From a candidate division WOR-3 bacterium (GTDB lineage Bacteria > Hydrothermota > Tepidihabitantia > SM23-42), in contig JAOUFJ010000002.1 of assembly GCA_029858255.1 (NCBI GenBank), positions 10,637-74,636 of the forward strand: a stretch of DNA of 64,000 bases, in the 5' to 3' direction. Both the position numbers and the translations under genes were made by a program. The notes under the pieces are model-generated. The model was not told the DNA's origin and did not search any database. It saw nothing but the letters and a program-made list of their open reading frames with translations. Position 1 is the first letter of the stretch, and each line of letters begins with the position of its first letter. Positions 56,628-64,000 of the stretch are shown piece after piece.

Positions 56628-58454
56628 TTACTCAACCGTCACGCTCTTTGCGAGATTCCTTGGCCGGTCGACATCAAGTCCTTTCAGTGTTGCAATATGG
56701 TAGGCAAGCAACTGTAGTGGTACTACGGAAAGTATGGGCGAGACATACTCGAGACATTCCGGGATCAGTATCGTATGCTTACTGACTCCTCGGGTACGTC
56801 GATCACCTCTGGTCACGATACATATCGGAATGCCCTTGCGCGTAATGGCTTCCTGGATGTTATTCAACATCTTATCATAGACGCTCGAACGCGGGTTGAT
56901 GCAAACAATGGGCATCTTGCTGTCTATCAAAGCGATCGGGCCGTGCTTCATCTCACCTGCAGCATACCCTGTCGCATTTATGTAGCTGATCTCTTTTAGC
57001 TTGAGCGCACCCTCAAGCGCAGTCGCGTAGTTTAAACCACGACCGAGAAACAAGAAATCACGTGAATTGCAGAAGATCTCAGCGATCTCCTTTATTTGAC
57101 TGTCGAGTTGGAGGATCTGCTCAACCTGTGCCGGTACCTTCTTCAATGCCGCGAAGTGTCCGGCCAAGTCTGTTTTGCTGACGAATCCTCTCAACAGGCC
57201 CAGATAAAGAGCTAGAAAATACAGATTCACTATCTCCGCTGTATAAGCTTTGGTTGATGCAACACCGATCTCCGGACCAGCCATAATTTCGATGATCCCG
57301 TCCGACTCGCGATGAATACTCGATTGCACAACATTGACCAGAGATAATACCTTGAGAAATTTTACCTTTGCTTCGCGCAGACCGGCAATTGTATCAGCTG
57401 TCTCTCCGGATTGACTGATTGCCATCACGAGAGTATCGCTATCCAGCACTGCATCGCGGTACCGAAATTCGCTGGATATATCTACTTCGGTATGGATCCG
57501 TGCGAATTTTTCGATCAGATATTTGCCGACAAGACCGGCGTGCCAGGACGTGCCGCATGCCTGGATGACAATTCTGGATATCTTTTTCAATTCATCTTCT
57601 GATAGACCCAGATCCTTGCCAGGATATATCCGGCTGTCCACAATCCTTTCTGTCACGATGTTGTACAATACTTTTGGCTGTTCGAATATTTCCTTAAACA
57701 TGAAATGAGGGAAGTGCCCCTTGTCGATATCCCCCACCTCAATAGACACCTTATGAGGAAGAATTCTTATTTCCTTCCCTTGAAAATTCGTTATGTTACA
57801 CTTGCCTCTACCCAACACAACTATGCTATCGTTGGGAATATAGATTACCTCGTCAAAAATACTCACTACTCCTGATATATCAGAAGCTACTGCGGCCTCT
57901 TTTGTGTTGTAGCAACAAATCAACGGTGCGTCATGCCGCGCACACACCAGTCTGTTTTGCTCGCCAACGCTGATGACTGCAAAGGCGAAATTACCGCTCA
58001 ATCTCCGAACAGTGAGCCTGACAGCTTCCACCAAACCTCTTTTCAGATTTTCTTCAATGAGATGGACGATTACCTCAGAATCGGTCAATGACCGAAAAAT
58101 ATGCCCCTTCTCCTCAAGTTCATCTTTTAACGCAACATAATTTTCGATGATGCCATTGACCACAAGAGCCATCTCCTCATTGCAATCCAGTAACGGATGG
58201 GTATTGTTTTCCTGTGGCAATCCATGTGTCGCCCACCTTGTATGCCCGACACCGATTGTACCGTGGACCGGCTTGCGCTTGATCAACTCTTCGAGTTCAC
58301 TAAGTTTGCCTGGTACCTTTCTGACTATTAACTCGCCATTACTTATCACCGCAATGCCACTCGAGTCATATCCCCGGTATTCGAGTCGCCACAAACCTCC
58401 CAGCAATACGCTCGGGACATCACGACTTCCGACATAGCCAATGATCCCACACAT
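56628..58454 (-). CDS. glmS: glutamine--fructose-6-phosphate transaminase
   Basis: MCGI, GHTRWATHG, SQSGET and PRNLAKSVTVE motifs. Confidence 0.97.
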   Translation of the reverse strand: MCGIIGYVGSRDVPSVLLGGLWRLEYRGYDSSGIAVISNGELIVRKVPGKLSELEELIKRKPVHGTIGVGHTRWATHGLPQENNTHPLLDCNEEMALVVNGIIENYVALKDELEEKGHIFRSLTDSEVIVHLIEENLKRGLVEAVRLTVRRLSGNFAFAVISVGEQNRLVCARHDAPLICCYNTKEAAVASDISGVVSIFDEVIYIPNDSIVVLGRGKCNITNFQGKEIRILPHKVSIEVGDIDKGHFPHFMFKEIFEQPKVLYNIVTERIVDSRIYPGKDLGLSEDELKKISRIVIQACGTSWHAGLVGKYLIEKFARIHTEVDISSEFRYRDAVLDSDTLVMAISQSGETADTIAGLREAKVKFLKVLSLVNVVQSSIHRESDGIIEIMAGPEIGVASTKAYTAEIVNLYFLALYLGLLRGFVSKTDLAGHFAALKKVPAQVEQILQLDSQIKEIAEIFCNSRDFLFLGRGLNYATALEGALKLKEISYINATGYAAGEMKHGPIALIDSKMPIVCINPRSSVYDKMLNNIQEAITRKGIPICIVTRGDRRTRGVSKHTILIPECLEYVSPILSVVPLQLLAYHIATLKGLDVDRPRNLAKSVTVE

Positions 58455-58460
58455 CGTGCA

Positions 58461-58551
58461 ATTGTATATACGGCTGGTGTTTTGTCAATAGAAGGCTGGA
58501 AAATAACGTGAATGTAAAGGACCTTGACTTTCTATGAACACTGGTTATCCT
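58461..58551. promoter_or_regulatory. divergent sigma70-type promoters (leaderless glmS on -, nqr-like operon on +)
   Basis: Minus strand TTGACA-N16-TACAAT-N6-ATG (58461-58488); plus strand TTGACT-N16-TATCCT (58524-58551). Confidence 0.75.
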
Positions 58552-58602
58552 TGTCCATATTCAACGGGGTAAATTACACGAATATAAAAAACTCGGCCAT
58601 AT

Positions 58603-59580
58603 ATGAAGGAGAATAGTACTCGCATCTTGAGAAAACAGCCGGTCATGCGGCGAATGATGCTTGCCATGGTACCCTGCATAATGGCATCGATATATTTCTT
58701 TGGCTGGCGGTCCCTTTTTATTGTACTCACATCATGTTTTATTGGTTTCGCCACGGAATACGTTTTCACACGCCGGCACAACGAACCCGTCACAGAAGCC
58801 GTATTCGTTTCTGCTATCATATACGCGCTCATCATGCCGCCAACGATACCATGGCATATACTGATCTTCGGTATGGTGTTCGCAATAATGTTCGGAAAGA
58901 TGGTGTTCGGTGGTTTTGGCTTCAACGTCTTCAATCCGGCGATGGTTGGCCGTGCGTTCTTATACATATGCTTTCCCGTCGCACTCACCGCGACGTGGGC
59001 ACCGGCTGCACAGGGCATCTGGGGCGCGCTGGGCACCTGGAGTACGGCGCTTAACCCTAATGCCATCACGGCCGCGACCCCGATGGCCCTGGTCAAAACA
59101 GGAGAAGCAGTATCACCAGCCCTGACCGCTCTGCTGCTGGGTAGATTGTCAGGTACCATGGGCGTGACCAGTGCCATAGCAATAAGCGTCGGTGGCCTCT
59201 ATGTTTTCATTACGAAAACGGCGAATCGATGGATCATCCTTACGGTGATCATCACATACGTTCTGGCAAACGGCATACTCTTACTACTGAATGTGAAAGC
59301 GTCTCCGGGTATTTTACCGGCACTGCTCGGTGGCGGTTTTCTCTTTGGCGCTTTCTTTATGGCAACCGATCCAATTAGCGCACCAAAAACGAAGAGAGCG
59401 CGCATAGTATATTCCGTGGTTATCGCGGGCACTACAGCCATTATCAGAAATTTCTCGGTCTTCAATGGCGGATTCATGTTCTCCCTGCTCATCGCAAATA
59501 TGTTCGCACCGATTCTGGATTATGCCTTCAAGAATCGAACTCACAGCATAAAGAGCAAGGAACTGACCGGACAGCGCTAA
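58603..59580 (+). CDS. NqrB/RnfD family subunit
   Basis: KMVFGGFGFNVFNPAMVGR, ITAATP (FMN-Thr) and FFMATDP motifs. Confidence 0.92.
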   Translation: MKENSTRILRKQPVMRRMMLAMVPCIMASIYFFGWRSLFIVLTSCFIGFATEYVFTRRHNEPVTEAVFVSAIIYALIMPPTIPWHILIFGMVFAIMFGKMVFGGFGFNVFNPAMVGRAFLYICFPVALTATWAPAAQGIWGALGTWSTALNPNAITAATPMALVKTGEAVSPALTALLLGRLSGTMGVTSAIAISVGGLYVFITKTANRWIILTVIITYVLANGILLLLNVKASPGILPALLGGGFLFGAFFMATDPISAPKTKRARIVYSVVIAGTTAIIRNFSVFNGGFMFSLLIANMFAPILDYAFKNRTHSIKSKELTGQR

Positions 59581-60201
59581 ATGAATCTGAAGGACAAAGC
59601 GTGGTTTCCAGTGATCTACATGTTCATGCTTACCCTGATATTGAGCACCGTTTTGATCATATTTGGTACGATCACACGTAAAAGGGTCAAGGAAAACGAA
59701 GCGATCGCCTTTGAGCGAGCGGTGATACAGTCCTTGCCGGTCGAAATCGCGGGTACAACGGCGCCATGGCAAATACATCAGATCTATCTATCCAGTATCC
59801 GCGAGGCCGATGAAACTAGTGCAGGGGCGTTCAGGTATGTAAAAGGAGATTCAATCAAAGGCTACGCCCTGCCTCTGGAAGGCCCCGGCTTCTGGGCGCC
59901 GATCAAAGGGGTGATCGGCTTCGAGCCCGACGCGATGACCATAAGCGGTATCGCATTCTATGAGCAGAACGAAACGCCGGGACTCGGCGGAGAGATCACA
60001 AAAACCTCATTCCGCGAGCAATTCGTGGGCAAAAGAATATCACAAACAGGCACGCCGCTCCAGATTCGTGGTCCAACCGAACCGCTCGATGAGAGTTCTG
60101 TACATGCAATAACCGGCGCAACCCAGACAAGCAATAGACTGGCGAAATTCATGAATGAAAATATCAGCCAGTGGCGCGCACGAATGGCGGAGCAAAAATG
60201 A
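59581..60201 (+). CDS. NqrC/RnfG family FMN-binding subunit
   Basis: GPGFWAPI, ETPGLGGEI and AITGATQTS motifs. Confidence 0.92.
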   Translation: MNLKDKAWFPVIYMFMLTLILSTVLIIFGTITRKRVKENEAIAFERAVIQSLPVEIAGTTAPWQIHQIYLSSIREADETSAGAFRYVKGDSIKGYALPLEGPGFWAPIKGVIGFEPDAMTISGIAFYEQNETPGLGGEITKTSFREQFVGKRISQTGTPLQIRGPTEPLDESSVHAITGATQTSNRLAKFMNENISQWRARMAEQK

Positions 60202-60836
60202 TTGCGGCCAAACGAACAAGAGACGTCGTGCTGACAGCAATCTGGGGAGAGAATCCGGTCTTCCGGCAGATCCTCGGCATATGCAGTGCCCTCGCTGTAA
60301 CGAATCTCGTACTGAACACAATGGTTATGGGAGCGGCCGTAATTTTCACAACTGCCCTTTCGGGTTTCACCGTATCGGTAATGCGCAAATACACGCCACG
60401 TATCATCAGAATGATGGTCGAAGTCTTGATCATCGCCTTCTACGTAATTCTGTTCGATCAAGCACTCAAGGCTTACTGGCCGGACATGAGCAGGAACCTG
60501 GGTCCTTATGTCGGCCTCATCATAACTAACTGTATCATAATGGGAAGAGCCGAAGCCTTCGCCAATGCGAATCCACCTGTGCTTTCATTCATCGACGGTT
60601 TGTCCTCAGGTGTCGGCTATTCACTGATATTGATCTGTGTCGCCGTGGTTCGCGAACTCCTCGGGATGGGTTCACTCCTTGGTATACCGATGCCCTTTCT
60701 CTCATCTTCAATGTGGGACCGCTGGATAATAATGGTGATGCCACCGGGCGCATTCTTCACATTGGCAGTGATCGTCTGGATAGCGAGAACGATTCAAAAA
60801 GAAAAAGACCAGAAAAGCACAGAGGCAAAGAAATGA
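60198..60836 (+). CDS. NqrD/RnfE family subunit
   Basis: LGICSALAVT, GLIITNCIIMGRAE and PPGAFF motifs. Confidence 0.92.
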   Translation: MIAAKRTRDVVLTAIWGENPVFRQILGICSALAVTNLVLNTMVMGAAVIFTTALSGFTVSVMRKYTPRIIRMMVEVLIIAFYVILFDQALKAYWPDMSRNLGPYVGLIITNCIIMGRAEAFANANPPVLSFIDGLSSGVGYSLILICVAVVRELLGMGSLLGIPMPFLSSSMWDRWIIMVMPPGAFFTLAVIVWIARTIQKEKDQKSTEAKK

Positions 60837-61438
60837 CCGGCTCCAGCAATAGCATGATACATCTGGCGATCGTCCTCTTCACGGCAGTCTTCACCGATAA
60901 TATTCTCCTCGCCAGGTTCCTCGGTATGTGCTCGTTCCTTTCCGTTTCACGGCAGGTCAAAACGGCCGTGGGTTTAGGACTTGCAGTGGTCTTTGTCATG
61001 ACGTTCACGATAGCTCTTGATTGGCTTGCGTATCGATACATACTCGAGCCGTATGCTATCGAGTATTTTCGTTTCATCCTCTTCATAGTAATAATCGCAG
61101 CATTCGTTCAATTCATTGAGATGGCTATCGAGCGCTACTCGCCAGTGCTGTACCAGAACCTCGGTATATTTCTACCGCTGATCACTGTCAATTGTGCGAT
61201 CCTCGGAGCCTCTCTCTTCATGGTCATCCGGGAATACAGCCTGGCCGAGGCGATCGCGTTTGGCTTCGGAAGTGGCGGAGGATGGATGCTGGCAATTGTC
61301 GCCATGGCAGGGATACGGGAGAAGCTTAACAATGCACGTATACCAAAAGGCCTGCAGGGACCGGGGATTACCCTGGTCATCGCCGGTATCATGGCTCTGG
61401 CTTTCATCGGCTTCACCGGTGTACTCTCCGGAAGATGA
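60833..61438 (+). CDS. NqrE/RnfA family subunit
   Basis: FLGMCSFL and LPLITVNCAILG motifs. Confidence 0.92.
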   Translation: MTGSSNSMIHLAIVLFTAVFTDNILLARFLGMCSFLSVSRQVKTAVGLGLAVVFVMTFTIALDWLAYRYILEPYAIEYFRFILFIVIIAAFVQFIEMAIERYSPVLYQNLGIFLPLITVNCAILGASLFMVIREYSLAEAIAFGFGSGGGWMLAIVAMAGIREKLNNARIPKGLQGPGITLVIAGIMALAFIGFTGVLSGR

Positions 61439-61465
61439 TAGTTGAATCACGGAGGATATAGTCAC

Positions 61466-62578
61466 TTGGGTGTTTTTGTTATCCCCATAGCAATAGTCAG
61501 TGCGGTAGGTGGGCTGCTAGCCGGCGTCCTGGTCTTTGCGGAACGGGTGATAACCAACTATGGCGATGTGCAAGTAGACATAAACAAAGGTGAGAAGCGG
61601 TTCACGATCAGGGGTGGAGGTACTTTGCTGGAGAACCTTAGCCTGCAGAAGATATTCATACCTTCGGCGTGCGGAGGAAGGGGTACCTGTGGTTATTGCA
61701 AGGTGAAGGTCATTGAGGGAGCGGGACCTCTGCTGCCGACCGAAGAACCATACATGGATGATAAAGAACGCAAAGAAGGCATCAGGTTATCATGTCAGGT
61801 CAAGATGAGAAGCGATCTGAAAATCGAAATACCACAGGAACTCCTGACCATCAAGGAGTATCTGTGCACTTGTGATGAAATCATCGATTATACCTATGAC
61901 ATCAAGCAATTCAGACTGACTTTTCCCGACGGGGAACAAATGAAATATATCCCCGGCCAATACGTTCAACTCCTCTCCCCCGAGTATGAAAAAAGTTCCG
62001 AAGAAGTCTACCGTGCGTATTCCATCTCATCTGACCCTTCAGATAAGAAGTCTATCGAATTGATCGTGCGTCATGTCCCGGATGGGATATGTACTACATA
62101 TCTATTCGACTATCTCAAAAAGGGCGAGCCGGTTAGAATAAACGGACCGTACGGCCACTTCTATTTGCGTGATACTAATGCACCGATAATTTTCATAGCC
62201 GGTGGCTCGGGAATTGCACCGATCAAGTGTATCCTGCATCACATGCAAAATACTGAGAACACCCGAAAGTCAGTCTTCTTTTTCGGAGTACGAAGCACGA
62301 AAGACCTTTTTCTGGCGGATGAAATGAAGGCATTCGAATCCAGGATAGGGGCTTTCAAATTCATTCCTGTCGTGTCACAACCAGAACCCGATGCAAAATG
62401 GCAGGGCGAGACGGGTAGGGTAACGACCGTGGCATCGGAGTATCTAAAGAAACAACAAGATGCAAATCAATATGAGGGCTACTTGTGCGGCAGTCCCGGT
62501 ATGATCGAATCGTCTGTCAAGATGTTGACCGACTGCGGCATTCCTGAGGAAAAGATCTATTTTGACAAGTTCTCGTAA
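61466..62578 (+). CDS. NqrF-like membrane-anchored 2Fe-2S/FAD NAD(P)H oxidoreductase
   Basis: TM anchor, SACGGRGTCGYC...RLSCQ, RAYSI, AGGSGIAP, YLCG and FDKF motifs; TTG after GGAGG. Confidence 0.92.
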   Translation: MGVFVIPIAIVSAVGGLLAGVLVFAERVITNYGDVQVDINKGEKRFTIRGGGTLLENLSLQKIFIPSACGGRGTCGYCKVKVIEGAGPLLPTEEPYMDDKERKEGIRLSCQVKMRSDLKIEIPQELLTIKEYLCTCDEIIDYTYDIKQFRLTFPDGEQMKYIPGQYVQLLSPEYEKSSEEVYRAYSISSDPSDKKSIELIVRHVPDGICTTYLFDYLKKGEPVRINGPYGHFYLRDTNAPIIFIAGGSGIAPIKCILHHMQNTENTRKSVFFFGVRSTKDLFLADEMKAFESRIGAFKFIPVVSQPEPDAKWQGETGRVTTVASEYLKKQQDANQYEGYLCGSPGMIESSVKMLTDCGIPEEKIYFDKFS

Positions 62579-62590
62579 TAGGAGGCGGCT

Positions 62591-63052
62591 ATGAAGAAAT
62601 CACCCCAAGAGAAAAAACTCGAAAATATGTTGAAGTCCTCCAAATTCTCTTCCAGCGGTTTCATGGGAACGGACAGGAGAAACCTCTGGGAGATCATCGA
62701 TGAAGATGCGGCTCAAGTGGCAAGGACGGGTAAAACGATGGAGGAAATATCCACCCGCATGCAGCAAATCACCAACACAGGTGCGGAGGGCCTTGGTGTG
62801 TGGGTGGTGATCGGCCAGAACCTGCGGGTGATGGTAGATGACAACCGGGGCGTGGTGCCATGTCCGTGGCCCCATCACGTGCGATGCCTGAAGAGGATAA
62901 CGACGGTTAATAATTCTGAAACCGGAACCAGCCTGCGCTGGTCTGAGCTGAACATCCATCTCATAAAAGAGCATGGATTCTTCGAAGGCAAGGGTTCGCC
63001 TTTCAGGATCGAACCGACAGCGCTGATAAAGATGATCTTCACAACCCCGTAA
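62591..63052 (+). CDS. hypothetical protein with CPWPH and HLIKEHGFF motifs
   Basis: SD AGGAGG; 12 nt after the nqrF-like stop. Confidence 0.8.
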   Translation: MKKSPQEKKLENMLKSSKFSSSGFMGTDRRNLWEIIDEDAAQVARTGKTMEEISTRMQQITNTGAEGLGVWVVIGQNLRVMVDDNRGVVPCPWPHHVRCLKRITTVNNSETGTSLRWSELNIHLIKEHGFFEGKGSPFRIEPTALIKMIFTTP

Positions 63053-63100
63053 CAACAAAACTCCAGATACAGAAGGTTACGCATTCACAAAAACTAACGC

Positions 63101-63157
63101 TTGACAAGTCGTTCTCAATGATTATAATGAATAATGAAAATGAATTGCAATTTCATT
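63101..63157 (+). promoter_or_regulatory. sigma70-type promoter plus Fur box of fur-feoAB
   Basis: TTGACA-N16-TATAAT, then AATAATGAAAATGAATTGC (13/19 match to GATAATGATAATCATTATC). Confidence 0.8.
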
Positions 63158-63171
63158 TATGAGGAGGGTGT

Positions 63172-63624
63172 ATGAACAAACGGGCAGAAACCTTACAGAC
63201 TTTTATAAGGCACAGGACAAAGTACGGGCTGAAAAGTTCCGATAAGCGTACCTTTGTTGTCGATTATTTCGTCAACGCAGGCCGGCATTTTACGGTCGAA
63301 GAGCTATACAACGAGATCAAGAAACAGAAGAGCGGAATAAGCTATTCAACAGTTTACCGGGCGATTAAGTTGCTCACGCGATGGGGGCTCGCCGGTGAAT
63401 CGATGTTCGGTAATTCCGTATCGAGGTATGAACCCATCGACAAATCAGAACATCACGACCACTTGATCTGCCAGGAGTGCGGGAAGATCATCGAATTCGA
63501 GAATAGCAAGATTGAGAAACTGCAGCACGATGTGGCACAGAAATACGGATTCGACGTATCCGCTCACCGGTTAGAATTGTATGGCATCTGCCGGGAATGT
63601 AAGAAGAAACGAAGGAGACGATAG
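63172..63624 (+). CDS. fur: Fur family transcriptional repressor
   Basis: H.T.EE, STVYR, HHDHLIC..CG and C..C motifs. Confidence 0.93.
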   Translation: MNKRAETLQTFIRHRTKYGLKSSDKRTFVVDYFVNAGRHFTVEELYNEIKKQKSGISYSTVYRAIKLLTRWGLAGESMFGNSVSRYEPIDKSEHHDHLICQECGKIIEFENSKIEKLQHDVAQKYGFDVSAHRLELYGICRECKKKRRRR

Positions 63625-63625
63625 G

Positions 63626-63856
63626 ATGCCACCCATTCCCCTGACCAGCATGGAATCTGGCACAAAAGGCAAGGTAATCGAGATCCAGGGCGGCCGTGGG
63701 TTATGTGCACGGTTCAACGCGATGGGTATCCGTCCCGGCGTTAAAATCACCAAGATAAGCGGACAGATCATGCGCGGGCCAGTAATTATAACCGTCGGCG
63801 CTACTCAGGTCGCCATCGGTTTTGGCATGGCAAGTCGGATCTTCGTTGAGGTTTAG
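63626..63856 (+). CDS. feoA: ferrous iron transport protein A
   Basis: MGIRPG...GPV...AIG.GMA..I.V. Confidence 0.92.
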   Translation: MPPIPLTSMESGTKGKVIEIQGGRGLCARFNAMGIRPGVKITKISGQIMRGPVIITVGATQVAIGFGMASRIFVEV

Positions 63857-64000
63857 ATGATAAAGAGAGTTCTGCTAATGGGTAATCCAAATGTCGGCAA
63901 GAGCGTGATATTCTCGAGGCTGACCGGTGTCAGAGTCATCGCTTCAAATTATCCCGGAACCACCGTGGAATTCTGCCAGGGCTGCATCGGTTCGGGCGTG
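63857..64000 (+). CDS. feoB: ferrous iron transport protein B, 5' part only
   Basis: GNPNVGKS and [10 protein letters not shown]-domain motifs. Confidence 0.93.
   Translation, partial: MIKRVLLMGNPNVGKSVIFSRLTGVRVIASNYPGTTVEFCQGCIGSGV

Noticed and set aside
58455..58500. glmS ribozyme
   Set aside because: The promoter lies 6 nt from the ATG, leaving no leader
1..64000. Alternative genetic code or selenocysteine read-through
   Set aside because: TGA, TAA and TAG all end conserved proteins at their expected C-termini (clpC, argS, yicC, glmS); no interrupted redox motif seen

Overview
A 64-kb gene-dense bacterial chromosome segment from a diderm (BamA, Skp, LolA and several outer-membrane barrels), probably anaerobic. 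The proteins resemble an FCB-superphylum candidate lineage such as WOR-3, but this is an inference and was not searched. Contents: a partial alpha-2-macroglobulin; a large FG-GAP surface protein; a tRNA-Ala/pdaD-led operon with a secreted nuclease, a 5'-nucleotidase and two barrels; gmk/yicC/dtd; tRNA-Gly; an NCS2 permease; lolA-rimO-TPR-tryptophanase-like genes; clpC-bamA-skp; a doubly frameshifted ECF sigma factor with intact anti-sigma; rubredoxin, glgA and two galT-like paralogs; a sigma-54/PilR type IV pilin locus with a pilGHI-like ABC system; truncated glmU, rsfS, argS, PTS IIA, nfi and glmS; an NqrA-less Nqr/Rnf-like operon; and fur-feoA-feoB. I saw no CRISPR array, transposase, integrase or phage gene. 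The most striking window-wide patterns are: (1) 16 of 17 well-formed sigma70-type promoters have a 16-bp rather than 17-bp spacer, and several drive apparently leaderless genes; (2) many exported proteins, including BamA, carry ultra-short (~8-11 aa) uncharged N-terminal signal peptides; (3) the Nqr-like BCDEF operon has no NqrA/RnfC but ends in a small Cys/His protein; (4) several enzymes have substituted catalytic or signature residues.
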